Origin: Chloroflexota bacterium | Lineage (GTDB): Bacteria; Chloroflexota; Anaerolineae; Aggregatilineales; J027 | Length of the DNA stretch: 54,548 bases | Direction of reading: 5' to 3' | Assembly: GCA_010092845.1 (NCBI GenBank) | Contig: JAADYW010000014.1 | Location: forward strand, 1-54,548 | Part shown: positions 26,881 through 37,574 of the stretch, in pieces | Layout: each line of letters starts with the position of its first letter | How positions within the stretch are numbered: position 1 is the stretch's first letter | Translations under genes and position numbers: made by a program | The notes under the pieces: model-generated | Databases searched by the model: none | What the model was told of the DNA's origin: nothing | The model's input: only the letters and a program-made list of their open reading frames with translations

Positions 26881-27661
26881 GCCGAGAAAATGCATCGGCA
26901 CTGATTTCGGCCAGCCAGACAGTCAATGCCAAAAATCCCCCTGGCAGCAGGACGAGCTGTGGGGCCTGGGTGAGAACACCCCGACCCTGAGCAATCATGA
27001 TCCCCCAGTCCGGCGCTGAAGGATTCCCGCCCAACCCCAGGAAGGCCAGCGCTGCACCGTAGAGCATTGACCAGGCAAAGACTACCGACGCGAAACTCAG
27101 CAGGGTCGGCAGTGCGCCGGGAACGATATGACGTGTCAGGACGCGCCATTGGCTGGCTCCGATACTCTGTGCGCCCTCAATATGAGGTTGAAGTGCCGCA
27201 GTATTTAAAGCGCTGATCGTCACGCGAGCATAAGGGGCGATACTGGCTACCCCGATAGCCAGCGAAAGTGTAACCAGGCTGCCCTCTAGCGCTGTCCGGA
27301 CCACGAGCGCCAACAATATAGCGGGAAAGGCCAGCAGAGCATCGATCAGGACGGTGGCTGTTTCGCGCATTAGGTAAGGCCCAACTGTTGCGAAGCCGCC
27401 TAGCATGGTGCCGATGCCAATTGCAATGCCGGTGGCCAGAAACCCACCTGTGATGGTTCGTCGTCCCCCGATCACAAGCCGGCTCCATACATCGCGGCCC
27501 AGCCGGTCGGTGCCCAGCCAATGATCTGCAGATGGTCCCTCCAACTCACGACCCGGTGTGGCGTGGATCGGGTCATGAGTTGCCACTAGCGGGGCCAACA
27601 GGACCAGGCCGAGCAGAATCACGGCTGGCAGCCAATAGCCAGGGTGCTGGAATGACAACAT
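26867..27661 (-). CDS. Peptide/nickel ABC transporter permease (DppC/OppC-like)
   Basis: PSADHWLGTDRLGRDVWSRL, EAA-like HIEGAQSIGAS, FLGLG...PDWG. Confidence 0.9.
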   Translation of the reverse strand: MLSFQHPGYWLPAVILLGLVLLAPLVATHDPIHATPGRELEGPSADHWLGTDRLGRDVWSRLVIGGRRTITGGFLATGIAIGIGTMLGGFATVGPYLMRETATVLIDALLAFPAILLALVVRTALEGSLVTLSLAIGVASIAPYARVTISALNTAALQPHIEGAQSIGASQWRVLTRHIVPGALPTLLSFASVVFAWSMLYGAALAFLGLGGNPSAPDWGIMIAQGRGVLTQAPQLVLLPGGFLALTVWLAEISADAFSRPIRR

Positions 27662-27664
27662 GAC

Positions 27665-28609
27665 TCAGGCCGTTCGAACCTCGCGCAAGCGCGGATCAAG
27701 GGTGTATCGTGCGACGCTGCTGGTGCCGTTGGCCAACAGGTAGAGCAGCGCACCAAGTAGGGTGAGCGCCTGTACGACTGGATAGTCTCGATTGAGCACC
27801 GATTGGTAGAGCAGAGTTCCCAGGCCACGCCGGACGAATAGAACCTCCAGGATGACGCTGCCACCCAGGATGAACCCCGCCTGAATGGCGACTACGCCCA
27901 GTGTAGGCAAGATCGCGATACGCAACGCGTGATCGAGTAAGTCGATTGGGGCGAGGCCTTTGGCTCTTGCAGCCAGAATATAGGGTTGGCGATAGGTATC
28001 TTGTAAATTGGCGCTCAGTACACGGGCAATGGCTCCGGCGGTATGAAATCCCAGTGTCAGTGCTGGCAGGATAAGGTGACTCGGTGTTTGCGATCCTGAA
28101 GCTGGAAGCCAATCGAGCTGGACACTGATGAGATGAATCGCCAGGAGTGCTGTGACATAGAAAGGAATGGCCTGGGAGATGGTAATGAAGAAACCTGTTG
28201 CTGCCGATAGCCATACCGGTCCATTCAGGCCATTGCCCAACCCCAGGAGCAAACCAAGTGCGATGGCAACACCGAAGCTCGCCAGGCCGAGCGAAAGCGT
28301 GGGTAGCAGGCGGGCGCCAATCATATCGCTGACACGTTCTGATGTGATTAGCGAGTACCCTAGATCGCCCTGGAGTAGATTGCTCAGATACCTTAGATAT
28401 TGCTCGGCGTAGGGATCATCCAGGCCGAGCTGCTCGCGGCGTGCACGGATATCGGTGGCGGAGGCCTCGATGAGTGTTCCCGAAACAGCATCGCCAGGCA
28501 ACACGCGCAAAGCGAGAAATACCAGTGTCAGCGCTACCCAGAGCACAAGAACACTCCGGGCGAGCCCCGTCAGTAGGCGCGGCCCCAGATCGACGCCCGG
28601 CGTGATCAC
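27665..28609 (-). CDS. Peptide/nickel ABC transporter permease (DppB/OppB-like)
   Basis: LPGD, LGLDDPYAEQY, GDLGYS, YILAARAKGL and RDYPVVQ motifs. The GTG start overlaps the binding-protein stop. Confidence 0.9.
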   Translation of the reverse strand: MITPGVDLGPRLLTGLARSVLVLWVALTLVFLALRVLPGDAVSGTLIEASATDIRARREQLGLDDPYAEQYLRYLSNLLQGDLGYSLITSERVSDMIGARLLPTLSLGLASFGVAIALGLLLGLGNGLNGPVWLSAATGFFITISQAIPFYVTALLAIHLISVQLDWLPASGSQTPSHLILPALTLGFHTAGAIARVLSANLQDTYRQPYILAARAKGLAPIDLLDHALRIAILPTLGVVAIQAGFILGGSVILEVLFVRRGLGTLLYQSVLNRDYPVVQALTLLGALLYLLANGTSSVARYTLDPRLREVRTA

Positions 28610-30267
28610 GGCGAGTCTACTACCAGATTCGACAATAGTGGCCACCATCCGTGAGCAGCATAGATGAGTCCGTCAAGCCGTGTAGTAATCCCAACCAGAT
28701 TCACATAGTCTCTGATGGGAAGAATAAGCCCCTGTTCCATAATCCGCCGTTGGATGGCGCTGTAGAGCTCTTGTCGCGTCTCCAGGTCGGTGGTCCGGGT
28801 GGCTTCGATTAGCCAGCCATCCAATTCGGGGTCACTGAAGCGCGTCCAGTTGCTGTCACCTGAAGAGAGATAGAACCGGTTGATGAAAGCTGGATCAACC
28901 CCGAAATCGTTGAAGGCAATAAGATTGAAATCACCCGACTCGGCGTACTCACGCAGGTCTGCAAAACTACCGAGTTGAACCAGCTCGACTTCGAGGCCGA
29001 TCTCCCGCCATTGGCTCTCAAGGAGCTGGCTGACTTCTGGCAGAAAGCCAAAACCCATAAAGACGACCTTAAGCCGCAGCGGTTCACCATTAAGATCCAG
29101 GATATTGTCGCCATCGCTATCCTCAACACCGGCGCTCTCAAAGATCGTGTTGGCCCGTTCCAGGCTATGCGGATAAAGCGTCTGCATCGCCGGGTCGTAA
29201 AACTGGGTTGCGGCGCTCAGCGGTCCGTAAGCCATTGGCGAGAACTGATCGAAGAACACTGTTCCGACAACTGCCTCGCGGTTGGTAGCATACAACAGGG
29301 CTTGCCGGATCCGAATGTCGTCGGTTGGGAACTTGGCGGTGTTGAAGAAGAACTGCAATGGCTGTCCTGGGATGAGTTCTTGGTGGATGCGGAAATCCTG
29401 GTTGCGCAGGATGAGATCAGCATCGGTTGGCGGGAGTTCGCCTACAAGATCAACATCGCCAGCCTCAAGCGCGATGCGCCGCGTTTCAGGGAGTTCGTAG
29501 AACCGGAAGATGACACGCTCGACGGAAGTGTCGGTATAGGACGCCAGGTAAACTGGCCCCCAGTTGTAGTCAGGGTTGCGCTTGATGACAAAGCGGTCGC
29601 CAGGTATATACTCGACCATTTCAAATGGGCCAGTCCCAACTTGATGATACTGGTATGTCGCATTGGTTGTGTTGGCCAGTGCGGTGGGGCTGGCGATACC
29701 AAAATACGGCTGACTGAGCGCATCCAGCAGTGGCGCGTATGGTTCGCTGAGCTGGAGTTCAAACGTATACGCGTCCACGGCGCGATGACCAGCGTAGGGC
29801 CCCAGTAGTGCCAGCGCCTTTTGGGATCCAGTCTCGGGAGCTATTATACGGTCAAAGGTGACGGCGACAGCATCAGCATTAAAGGGCGTGCCGTCGTGGA
29901 AGAACACACCCTCTTTAAGTCGAAAGGTGTATATCAGGCCGTTCTCACTAACCTCCCATTCGTCAGCCAGGCCGGCGACGAATTCCAGGGTTTCAGGATG
30001 CCGATAGACGAGGGTGTCATACACGCTGTGTAGGGGGATGCCTAGTTCGGCAGATCGATGAATGTGGGGATCAAATCCACTGGGCAATAGCGTCAGCCCG
30101 TAGGTAATGGTGAGCAGATCATCATCTTCCTCATCGACCGACTCGGACATGATCGTTCCGATGACGGCGAGACTGATAGCACTCAGCGCACAGGCGAACA
30201 CCCCAACCAGTGGAAGCCACAAACCCCACCGCGTGCGCCCTCGAGAGCGCGACCGCAACAAGCTCAT
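28606..30267 (-). CDS. ABC transporter substrate-binding protein, family 5 (DppA/OppA-like), with an N-terminal membrane anchor
   Basis: YDTLV...GLADEWEVSENGLIYTFRLKEGVFFHDGTPFNADAV, VGTGPF. Confidence 0.93.
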   Translation of the reverse strand: MSLLRSRSRGRTRWGLWLPLVGVFACALSAISLAVIGTIMSESVDEEDDDLLTITYGLTLLPSGFDPHIHRSAELGIPLHSVYDTLVYRHPETLEFVAGLADEWEVSENGLIYTFRLKEGVFFHDGTPFNADAVAVTFDRIIAPETGSQKALALLGPYAGHRAVDAYTFELQLSEPYAPLLDALSQPYFGIASPTALANTTNATYQYHQVGTGPFEMVEYIPGDRFVIKRNPDYNWGPVYLASYTDTSVERVIFRFYELPETRRIALEAGDVDLVGELPPTDADLILRNQDFRIHQELIPGQPLQFFFNTAKFPTDDIRIRQALLYATNREAVVGTVFFDQFSPMAYGPLSAATQFYDPAMQTLYPHSLERANTIFESAGVEDSDGDNILDLNGEPLRLKVVFMGFGFLPEVSQLLESQWREIGLEVELVQLGSFADLREYAESGDFNLIAFNDFGVDPAFINRFYLSSGDSNWTRFSDPELDGWLIEATRTTDLETRQELYSAIQRRIMEQGLILPIRDYVNLVGITTRLDGLIYAAHGWWPLLSNLVVDSP

Positions 30268-30409
30268 ATTGACGTCAATGACCTCTAGGATTCAGTGTTT
30301 TTCGTTGGCTAGTGAGTATACCTGGAATGCCAACACCTTTGCAGGGGGAGTATTCCGCCGGGCTTCCCACGCTTAGGCGAATGAGGAGCCCGGGGATAGC
30401 TCGTGGTCT

Positions 30410-32446
30410 CTAGTTTTGTGGGAACGCGAAGTTCGCAATCACAGGGTCATGGTCGGCGGCCCGATAGGGCGTTGTTGCATCGGTACCATATTGGAATGGG
30501 TAGTCGGCGTTAATATGCGCGACCTCCACGCTGAGCAAGCTCTGCATCAGGCTGGGTGTGGCGTAGATGTAGTCCAACGTCTGCGTTTGACCAGCATAGA
30601 TATAGGTGTATCGGGACACCGCCGGGATTTCATCCCACAGGCTCTCCAGTGTCGGCTCTAGAACGGACAATTCTTCGGACTCCGGGAAAGAATTCAGGTC
30701 GCCCAGCACGAGGAAATGGGCTTCTGGCTGGGTTGCCAGGACGCTATCAACCAGATCAAGATTGTACAGACTCTGCGCACGGCGCAACTGGATAAATGCG
30801 GTTGGATCGCTCTTGAAGTGATTATTCGAGACGTAGACCTCGACATAGTCTTGGCTGCCTACCGCCTCACGATGAATCCGGAAAAGCGCGACGACTGGCG
30901 CGCGCGAGAATGTTGGTGTCCCGGGGCCAAAGCGCTGGTTGAGCGCCTTCGGATTGCTCACCTCCTGGTTAAACGCGTAGATAGCACTGGCGGGGTCATC
31001 GGGACGGGCGCCGAGTAGGGGGTGCTCTGGGGTGGCTGGCACCAGTTCGACGCGGTCGGTGCGATACAGGTATCCCTGTGCAATGCCCCGGTCGTCGGCG
31101 CTATCGCGGTCGGTGGCCGCTACATAGATGATGTCCCCGTCACTAATAATCGCGACAGCCGCCGCTACATCCTGGAGGACATCAGGCTGGCCGTCCAGAT
31201 TGTCGGTTGACTCACTACAGGTGCCATATAGCTGCCCCCCCTCGTGGCAGACATCCTGATCCTCGATTTCCTGGAAAGCGATGATGTCTGGTGCGTGCAG
31301 TTCGTCCACGATGGAAAGCGCGATCTTGTTGATATGAGTCTGGTAGTCTTCCAGTGAGTAAGGGACATAGTTGAGGCGTGTATCGCCCGGTGTATCCCGG
31401 AAGTCGAAGGGGTCATTATAAAAATCATACAGATTCTGGACGTTATAGATGGCGACACTAAAGGCCTGGTCGCGTTCGATTGCCGTGGGGGGCAGATTCT
31501 CATCTGGGGGGACCGTCGTCTCCACCTCGGGGAGTGCTTCGATATGGAGCGTGTAACGGCCATAGGCGTAGACCAGATTGCCGGTGAGCGGCGTTTTGAA
31601 CACGTCATAGGTCTGGTAGGGGGGTAGGTTGACCTCATAGTCGCCTGCGTTGGCTTTGAGGATATTCGCCTCAACGGATATGCGATATGGATTCTCGCCT
31701 GGCAACCCGTCATCCAGCACGTGAGGATCGCGGAAGACCCGCCGTGCATAGACTGTTTCGCGGCTGGCCACTGGATGATCGTCCCGGATGACGTAAGTCT
31801 CGGTATCGTTGGTCGATGTGAAGATATGCGTTGGCGCAACGACCAGCGTGTCGGTAGGAACGTAGACGCGCATACCTTCCAGCCGCTCGTACATTCTGGA
31901 CACTTCCTCGAAACTACCGGTTGGGTTGATCTCGATGGGTGGCATAACGCTGTCCAGGTCCTCTATGCGGCCGTCAACACTGACCAATGCCAGGTCGATC
32001 AGACGGGTGTTGTCATAGAATTCGTCAACCTCACCCTCCAAGGTGATGAGATCGCCTACCGCCAACGGATGACCATCCAGGCTGCTGCTCGCGCCAATGA
32101 TCGCCAGGATACCGTCTGATGTCAACGGGTCTCCGTCGCTTTCGCTGGGCAGTTCTTGAAGAAAGAAGGCGTTGACCACCCGACTGTCAGTCGTGATCAT
32201 GATTCGATTCGTAACCACACCGCTTATCCGTACCCGCTGATCTTGCATTGGCGACTTAAACGTCTGCGGATCGGACATGTTTTCACCAACGGATCCCTGT
32301 ATGTCACCGATATAGACGCTCGGTGCAGCTTCCTGGCCGCGGTAGCTGTTGGGGGCTTCTTGTGCCGCAGCGAAGATTATGCCTGCGGGAAGCCCCATGA
32401 TTAACAAGAGCAAGAGAGGGGTCAGAATGCTCGGGCGATTTCTCAT
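30410..32446 (-). CDS. Secreted endonuclease/exonuclease/phosphatase-family nuclease with an OB-fold (ExeM/NucH-like)
   Basis: Signal peptide; IGDIQG...SP...G.VT, GEVDEFY, YNVQNL, QEIE, NHFKS, GDLN, LDYI and DHDPV motifs. Confidence 0.88.
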   Translation of the reverse strand: MRNRPSILTPLLLLLIMGLPAGIIFAAAQEAPNSYRGQEAAPSVYIGDIQGSVGENMSDPQTFKSPMQDQRVRISGVVTNRIMITTDSRVVNAFFLQELPSESDGDPLTSDGILAIIGASSSLDGHPLAVGDLITLEGEVDEFYDNTRLIDLALVSVDGRIEDLDSVMPPIEINPTGSFEEVSRMYERLEGMRVYVPTDTLVVAPTHIFTSTNDTETYVIRDDHPVASRETVYARRVFRDPHVLDDGLPGENPYRISVEANILKANAGDYEVNLPPYQTYDVFKTPLTGNLVYAYGRYTLHIEALPEVETTVPPDENLPPTAIERDQAFSVAIYNVQNLYDFYNDPFDFRDTPGDTRLNYVPYSLEDYQTHINKIALSIVDELHAPDIIAFQEIEDQDVCHEGGQLYGTCSESTDNLDGQPDVLQDVAAAVAIISDGDIIYVAATDRDSADDRGIAQGYLYRTDRVELVPATPEHPLLGARPDDPASAIYAFNQEVSNPKALNQRFGPGTPTFSRAPVVALFRIHREAVGSQDYVEVYVSNNHFKSDPTAFIQLRRAQSLYNLDLVDSVLATQPEAHFLVLGDLNSFPESEELSVLEPTLESLWDEIPAVSRYTYIYAGQTQTLDYIYATPSLMQSLLSVEVAHINADYPFQYGTDATTPYRAADHDPVIANFAFPQN

Positions 32447-32716
32447 AGTAAGGTCTCCTTGGAAGTAGGATGGAAGTTCACATGATTGTTCACAAGGTGA
32501 TTTTAGCGCCCTCTCACTGTTGTTTGCCCTGGTTTAAATAAGCTTTCGAAAGTAGTGCCCGAATACACCCGTGGGGACTTGTTTCAGGACAACAAGCATC
32601 AATGGATGCTGATACTTGTCAGTCGCGATAATCGCTGGTAATGCCGATTTCTGGTATGATCAAGAGTGAATTGTGACAATGCCAGCCGGCATTTACAGAT
32701 GGGAGACATTAACCCA

Positions 32717-34303
32717 ATGGCATTTGAGCGCGCGAGTGGCATTCTGCTCCATCCAACATCCCTACCGGGAGCCTATGGAATAGGCAGTCTCGGCGATACA
32801 GCATACCGGTTCATTGATTTTCTCAGCGAAACGAAGCAGCAGCTCTGGCAGGTATTGCCCCTTGGCCCAACCGGCTACGGCGATTCCCCGTACCAGTGTT
32901 TTTCCGCCTTTGCGGGTAATCCACTGCTTATCAATCTGGAATACCTGGTCGAAAAGGGGCTGCTTCCTCCCGAGGATACGCAAGCCGGCGCTGATCATTT
33001 TCCTGCCGAGTATGTCGACTATGGTCATGTCATTACGCACAAGACCTCGCAGCTAGCGCGCGCCTTCGAGCAGTTCCGCCGGCAGAAGATGGAGCGCGCG
33101 GATTACGACGCCTTCTGTGAGGAGCAGGCAGGTTGGCTTGACGATTTTGCCCTGTTCATGGCGCTAAAGGCGGAGCAGGGTGGTGGGTCGTGGGTGAAGT
33201 GGCCTAAGGAACTTGTTCAGCGTGATGCTGTGGCTCTGGAAGCTGCCCGTGAGCGCCTCGCGGATTCAATCGCCTATCATAAGTTCACCCAATGGATATT
33301 TTTCGAACAATGGACTGCGTTGAAACGTGCCGCCAACGATAAAGGCATCAAGATCATTGGTGATCTTCCGATCTTTGTGGCGCACGACAGTGCCGATGTT
33401 TGGGCGAATCCTGACTTATTCTATCTCGATGATCTGGGCAACCCGACAAGCGTGGCGGGTGTACCGCCGGACTACTTCAGTGCCACTGGGCAGCGCTGGG
33501 GCAATCCGCTCTATCGCTGGGATGTCATGAAAACTCGGGGCTATAGCTGGTGGTTATCCCGCTTCAAGCAGATGTTGACTCTGGTCGACATCGTGCGCAT
33601 CGACCATTTCCGTGGATTTCAGGATTATTGGGAGATCCCGGCGGATGAACCAACGGCTGTCAACGGGAAGTGGGTCCCCGGCCCGCGGGATGATTTCTTC
33701 AATGCAATCCGCGACAATCTAGGCGAGTTGCCCATTATCGCGGAGGACCTGGGCCTCATTACCCGCTCGGTGACTGAACTACGCAAGCGATTCGATCTGC
33801 CGGGAATGGCCGTGCTGCAGTTTGCATTTGCTGAAGACTCGACGAATGCGTTTTTGCCCCACAATCTTGAGCCCAATACTGTGGTCTATACAGGCACTCA
33901 CGACAACGAGACGACTGCCGGGTGGTTCTTCCGGGCCGACACGGCCGGAACTACCGTGGATGTAAGCTCTCTGGTGCAGGAGCGTCATTATGCGCGCCAG
34001 TATGCCAAGATACTCGTCGACTCTGAAGTTCACTGGGATTTCATCCGGCTCGCTTTCCAGTCGGTAGGTGTTTTTGCAATTGTCCCTATGCAAGACGTGC
34101 TGGGACTGGGCAACGATGCCCGGATGAACTTTCCCAGCAGCGAGCGCGGGAACTGGCAGTGGCGGATGCGTGAAGAGCACCTGACAGACGAAATCAAGCG
34201 CCGTCTGACCGAGCTGACGACCATCTATGGCCGGCACGTGGGCGGCAATTACAGGCAAGAGCCACATGCGCCGAATGAAGATGAGCATCCGGCGGGGCGA
34301 TAG
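32717..34303 (+). CDS. malQ: 4-alpha-glucanotransferase (GH77)
   Basis: RASGILLHPTSLPG, WQVLPLGPT, GQRWGNP, RIDHFRGF, IIAEDLG and YTGTHDN motifs. Confidence 0.96.
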   Translation: MAFERASGILLHPTSLPGAYGIGSLGDTAYRFIDFLSETKQQLWQVLPLGPTGYGDSPYQCFSAFAGNPLLINLEYLVEKGLLPPEDTQAGADHFPAEYVDYGHVITHKTSQLARAFEQFRRQKMERADYDAFCEEQAGWLDDFALFMALKAEQGGGSWVKWPKELVQRDAVALEAARERLADSIAYHKFTQWIFFEQWTALKRAANDKGIKIIGDLPIFVAHDSADVWANPDLFYLDDLGNPTSVAGVPPDYFSATGQRWGNPLYRWDVMKTRGYSWWLSRFKQMLTLVDIVRIDHFRGFQDYWEIPADEPTAVNGKWVPGPRDDFFNAIRDNLGELPIIAEDLGLITRSVTELRKRFDLPGMAVLQFAFAEDSTNAFLPHNLEPNTVVYTGTHDNETTAGWFFRADTAGTTVDVSSLVQERHYARQYAKILVDSEVHWDFIRLAFQSVGVFAIVPMQDVLGLGNDARMNFPSSERGNWQWRMREEHLTDEIKRRLTELTTIYGRHVGGNYRQEPHAPNEDEHPAGR

Positions 34304-34393
34304 ATCGTATTCATTTATTATCTGAGCGTGATGTACCCGGTGAGTGATTGCCGGGTATTTTGAACTTTGTCCTCCGGGGAAGGGGCGCATTTT

Positions 34394-35896
34394 GTGGCAG
34401 TGATGCTGAATGGTGGTACCCTCAGATTTTCGGATGTTGTTACTGTTGCCCGGCAGCAGGTGCCGGTAGAGCTGGATGCTGACGCTGTTAACCGGCTCGA
34501 GGCCGGTCGCAGGCTCGTGGATCACGTCGTGGATCAACAAGTGGTGACCTACGGCGTCAATACCGGCTTCGGTAGCCTGAGCCGGGTCCGGATCCCTGCT
34601 GAGCAGGTCCGGCAGGTCCAGCGGAATCTCGTGCGTAGCCATTCGGCGGGAATCGGTCCGCCGTTGCATCCTGAGATCGTGCGAGCGGTAATGGTGATAC
34701 TCGCTGCTAGTCTGTCACGAGGGCATTCGGGCGTGCGACCTGTCGTGGTTGAGACACTGGCCGATGTGCTCAACGCTGGGGTTGTGCCTGTTGTCCCGTC
34801 TCGGGGGTCCGTGGGTGCTAGCGGCGACCTCGCACCCCTGGCGCATATCGCGGATGTATTGATCGGCGAAGGCGTCGCCGAATATCAGGGGCAGCAGATG
34901 CCAGGCGGTCAGGCACTCTATGCGGCGGGCATAAAACCCCTGGTTCTGGAAGCCAAAGAAGGCCTGGCCCTCATCAATGGCACCCATTTGATGACGGCGA
35001 TGGGGGTCTTGCTTATTGAAGACACCAGCAAGCTCCTAAATGCAGCAATTGGGGCGGCGGCGCTTTCTATAGATGCGTGCCGTGCGACCGACGCATTTCT
35101 TGACGCGCGAGTTCATGCCGCACGGCCGCATCCTGGCCAGATCGCCGTGGCCGGGCGAATGCGTGGCCTGCTCGAGGGCAGCACCATTCTGCCCAATCAC
35201 AAGACGGACGATCCCCGCGTACAGGATCCCTACTCGCTGCGATGTATGCCTCAGGTCCTGGGCGCGGCTATGGATACCATTGATCACGTCCGAACGGTGT
35301 TTGAGCGAGAATTGACTGCGACGACTGATAATCCACTGGTTTTTGATGATGGTGCAATTATCAGCGCCGGAAATTTCCACGGCATGCCCCTCGCGCTGGC
35401 GCTGGATACGCTAACAATGGCGCTGGCCCAAATTGCCGGGATCAGCGAACGGCGTGTCTATTTCTTGCTGAGTGCTTCCGATAGCGAAAATCCCTTGAAT
35501 CCTTATCTCAGCCCGCATCCTGGCCTCCACAGTGGCTTGATGATTGCCCAGTATACCGCCGCCGCCGCCTGCAACGAGATCCAGACCCTGGCCACCCCGG
35601 CCAGTGTTCACAATATCCCGACAAGCGCCGGTATGGAGGATTACAACAGCATGGGGGTTACGGCAGCGCACCAGGCCTGGCAGGCACTTGATTTGGCGAT
35701 GCATGTGGTGGCTATCGAACTCCTTTGTAGTGCAGAGGCGTTGGAATACCAGCGCCCCCTACGCAGTGGCGCAGGTGTCGAGAAAATTCATGATCAGGTG
35801 CGCGCGCGGGTACCACGGCTTACGGAAGACCGCCCGCCGCAGCCTGATATCCAGCAAATTGTCCGTTTGATACGGGAAGGAGTATTTGTGTCATGA
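34394..35896 (+). CDS. hutH: Histidine ammonia-lyase
   Basis: [11 protein letters not shown]-forming [21 protein letters not shown] and QDPYSLRC motifs; adjacent to hutU. The start is uncertain (34367-34403). Confidence 0.93.
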   Translation: MAVMLNGGTLRFSDVVTVARQQVPVELDADAVNRLEAGRRLVDHVVDQQVVTYGVNTGFGSLSRVRIPAEQVRQVQRNLVRSHSAGIGPPLHPEIVRAVMVILAASLSRGHSGVRPVVVETLADVLNAGVVPVVPSRGSVGASGDLAPLAHIADVLIGEGVAEYQGQQMPGGQALYAAGIKPLVLEAKEGLALINGTHLMTAMGVLLIEDTSKLLNAAIGAAALSIDACRATDAFLDARVHAARPHPGQIAVAGRMRGLLEGSTILPNHKTDDPRVQDPYSLRCMPQVLGAAMDTIDHVRTVFERELTATTDNPLVFDDGAIISAGNFHGMPLALALDTLTMALAQIAGISERRVYFLLSASDSENPLNPYLSPHPGLHSGLMIAQYTAAAACNEIQTLATPASVHNIPTSAGMEDYNSMGVTAAHQAWQALDLAMHVVAIELLCSAEALEYQRPLRSGAGVEKIHDQVRARVPRLTEDRPPQPDIQQIVRLIREGVFVS

Positions 35897-37539
35897 CCCG
35901 TGAAATCCGTGCCCCTCGTGGGACCACGCTCTCTTGCAAAGGCTGGCAACAGGAAGCCGCTTTGCGCATGCTAATGAATAATCTTGATCCCGAAGTGGCT
36001 GAAGACCCGGAGCGCCTGATCGTCTATGGTGGACGCGGCCAGGCCGCGCGCAATTGGGAAGCCTTTGATGCCATCGTCCAGACGCTCCAATCCTTAGAGG
36101 ATGACGCGACTCTGTTGGTTCAGAGTGGAAAGCCTGTCGGCGTGGTCAGGACAACTCCCGACTCGCCCCGGGTGATGATCGCTAACAGCAATCTGGTCCC
36201 CCATTGGGCGACCCAGGAACACTTCGACGAACTTGCTGCCAAGGGGCTGATGATGTACGGTCAGATGACGGCAGGGAGTTGGATCTATATTGGTACGCAG
36301 GGGATCTTGCAGGGTACCTACGAAACACTGGCTGAAGCGGCGCGCCAGCATTTTGGCGGCTCCCTCAAGGGACGATTGACCGTTACGGCTGGCCTCGGCG
36401 GGATGGGAGGCGCCCAGCCATTGGCTGTCACCATGAATGATGGCGTATGTCTCATCGCTGAGGTTGATGAACACCGCATCCAGCGGCGAATCGAACATCG
36501 CTATCTCGATGAGTGGACGGCTGATCTTGACGATGCCATCCAACGCGCATTGGCCGCCAAGCAGGCGGGTGCGGCGCGCAGTATCGGTGTCCTGGCAAAT
36601 GCGCGCGACCTCTACGAGGTGTTGTTGCGTGAAGCGGTGATTCCGGATGTTGTAACGGATCAAACGCCGGCACATGACGTGATGAGCTATGTGCCCGCAG
36701 AGATGAGCTTCGCGGAGGCAAGCGATCTGCGCGTGCGCGATCCCCAGGCCTATTGGGCGGCCAGCATGGATACCATGCGACGTTCAGTGGAGGCAATGGT
36801 CGCCCTGCAGGAACACGGGGCCGTGGTATTTGACTATGGCAATAACCTGCGGCAACGTGCCTTCGATCATGGCTTCGCGAATGCCTTTGCATTTCCCGGC
36901 TTTGTCCCGGCCTTTATCCGTCCCCTATTCTGCGAAGGCAAAGGCCCCTTCCGGTGGGCCGCACTCTCGGGCGATCCCCAGGATATCTACCGCACCGATG
37001 CAGCTATCTGCGATCTTTTTCCCGAGGACGCGGCACTGAAACGCTGGATTTCGAAAGCCCAGAACGCCGTGGCCTGGCAGGGTTTGCCAGCCCGTATCTG
37101 TTGGCTGGGGCAGGGACAGCGGGCCAGGGCGGGTCTGGCATTCAATGAGCTGGTGGCTAGCGGCGAGGTCAGCGCGCCGATCGTCATCGGCCGCGATCAT
37201 CTCGATACAGGGAGCGTGGCCAGCCCTAATCGCGAGACCGAGGGTATGCGAGACGGCACGGATGCGGTGAGCGATTGGCCGTTATTGAACCTCATGGTCA
37301 ATGTTGCCAGCGGCGCAACGTGGGTGAGTTTTCATCATGGGGGTGGAGTCGGTATCGGCTTCAGCCAGCACGCTGGCCAGGTAATCGTCGCTGACGGGAC
37401 GCCCGAAGCAGCCGCACGGCTCCAGCGCGTGCTCACCAACGATCCCGCCTTGGGTGTGTTTCGTCATGTTGACGCCGGTTACGACCTGGCCAAGCAGACA
37501 GCGCGGCAGCACAATCTTGACATTCCCATGCAAGACTAG
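35893..37539 (+). CDS. hutU: Urocanate hydratase
   Basis: [43 protein letters not shown] and HHGGGVG motifs. Confidence 0.97.
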   Translation: MTREIRAPRGTTLSCKGWQQEAALRMLMNNLDPEVAEDPERLIVYGGRGQAARNWEAFDAIVQTLQSLEDDATLLVQSGKPVGVVRTTPDSPRVMIANSNLVPHWATQEHFDELAAKGLMMYGQMTAGSWIYIGTQGILQGTYETLAEAARQHFGGSLKGRLTVTAGLGGMGGAQPLAVTMNDGVCLIAEVDEHRIQRRIEHRYLDEWTADLDDAIQRALAAKQAGAARSIGVLANARDLYEVLLREAVIPDVVTDQTPAHDVMSYVPAEMSFAEASDLRVRDPQAYWAASMDTMRRSVEAMVALQEHGAVVFDYGNNLRQRAFDHGFANAFAFPGFVPAFIRPLFCEGKGPFRWAALSGDPQDIYRTDAAICDLFPEDAALKRWISKAQNAVAWQGLPARICWLGQGQRARAGLAFNELVASGEVSAPIVIGRDHLDTGSVASPNRETEGMRDGTDAVSDWPLLNLMVNVASGATWVSFHHGGGVGIGFSQHAGQVIVADGTPEAAARLQRVLTNDPALGVFRHVDAGYDLAKQTARQHNLDIPMQD

Positions 37540-37574
37540 CGGTGGGTTTCGGCCTCGAGTAGGGCGCTCACGCC

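Noticed and set aside
28975-29808. 277-aa plus-strand ORF
   Set aside because: It lies antisense to the ABC substrate-binding protein and is a shadow ORF.
33779-34669. 296-aa minus-strand ORF
   Set aside because: It lies antisense to malQ and hutH and has no motifs.
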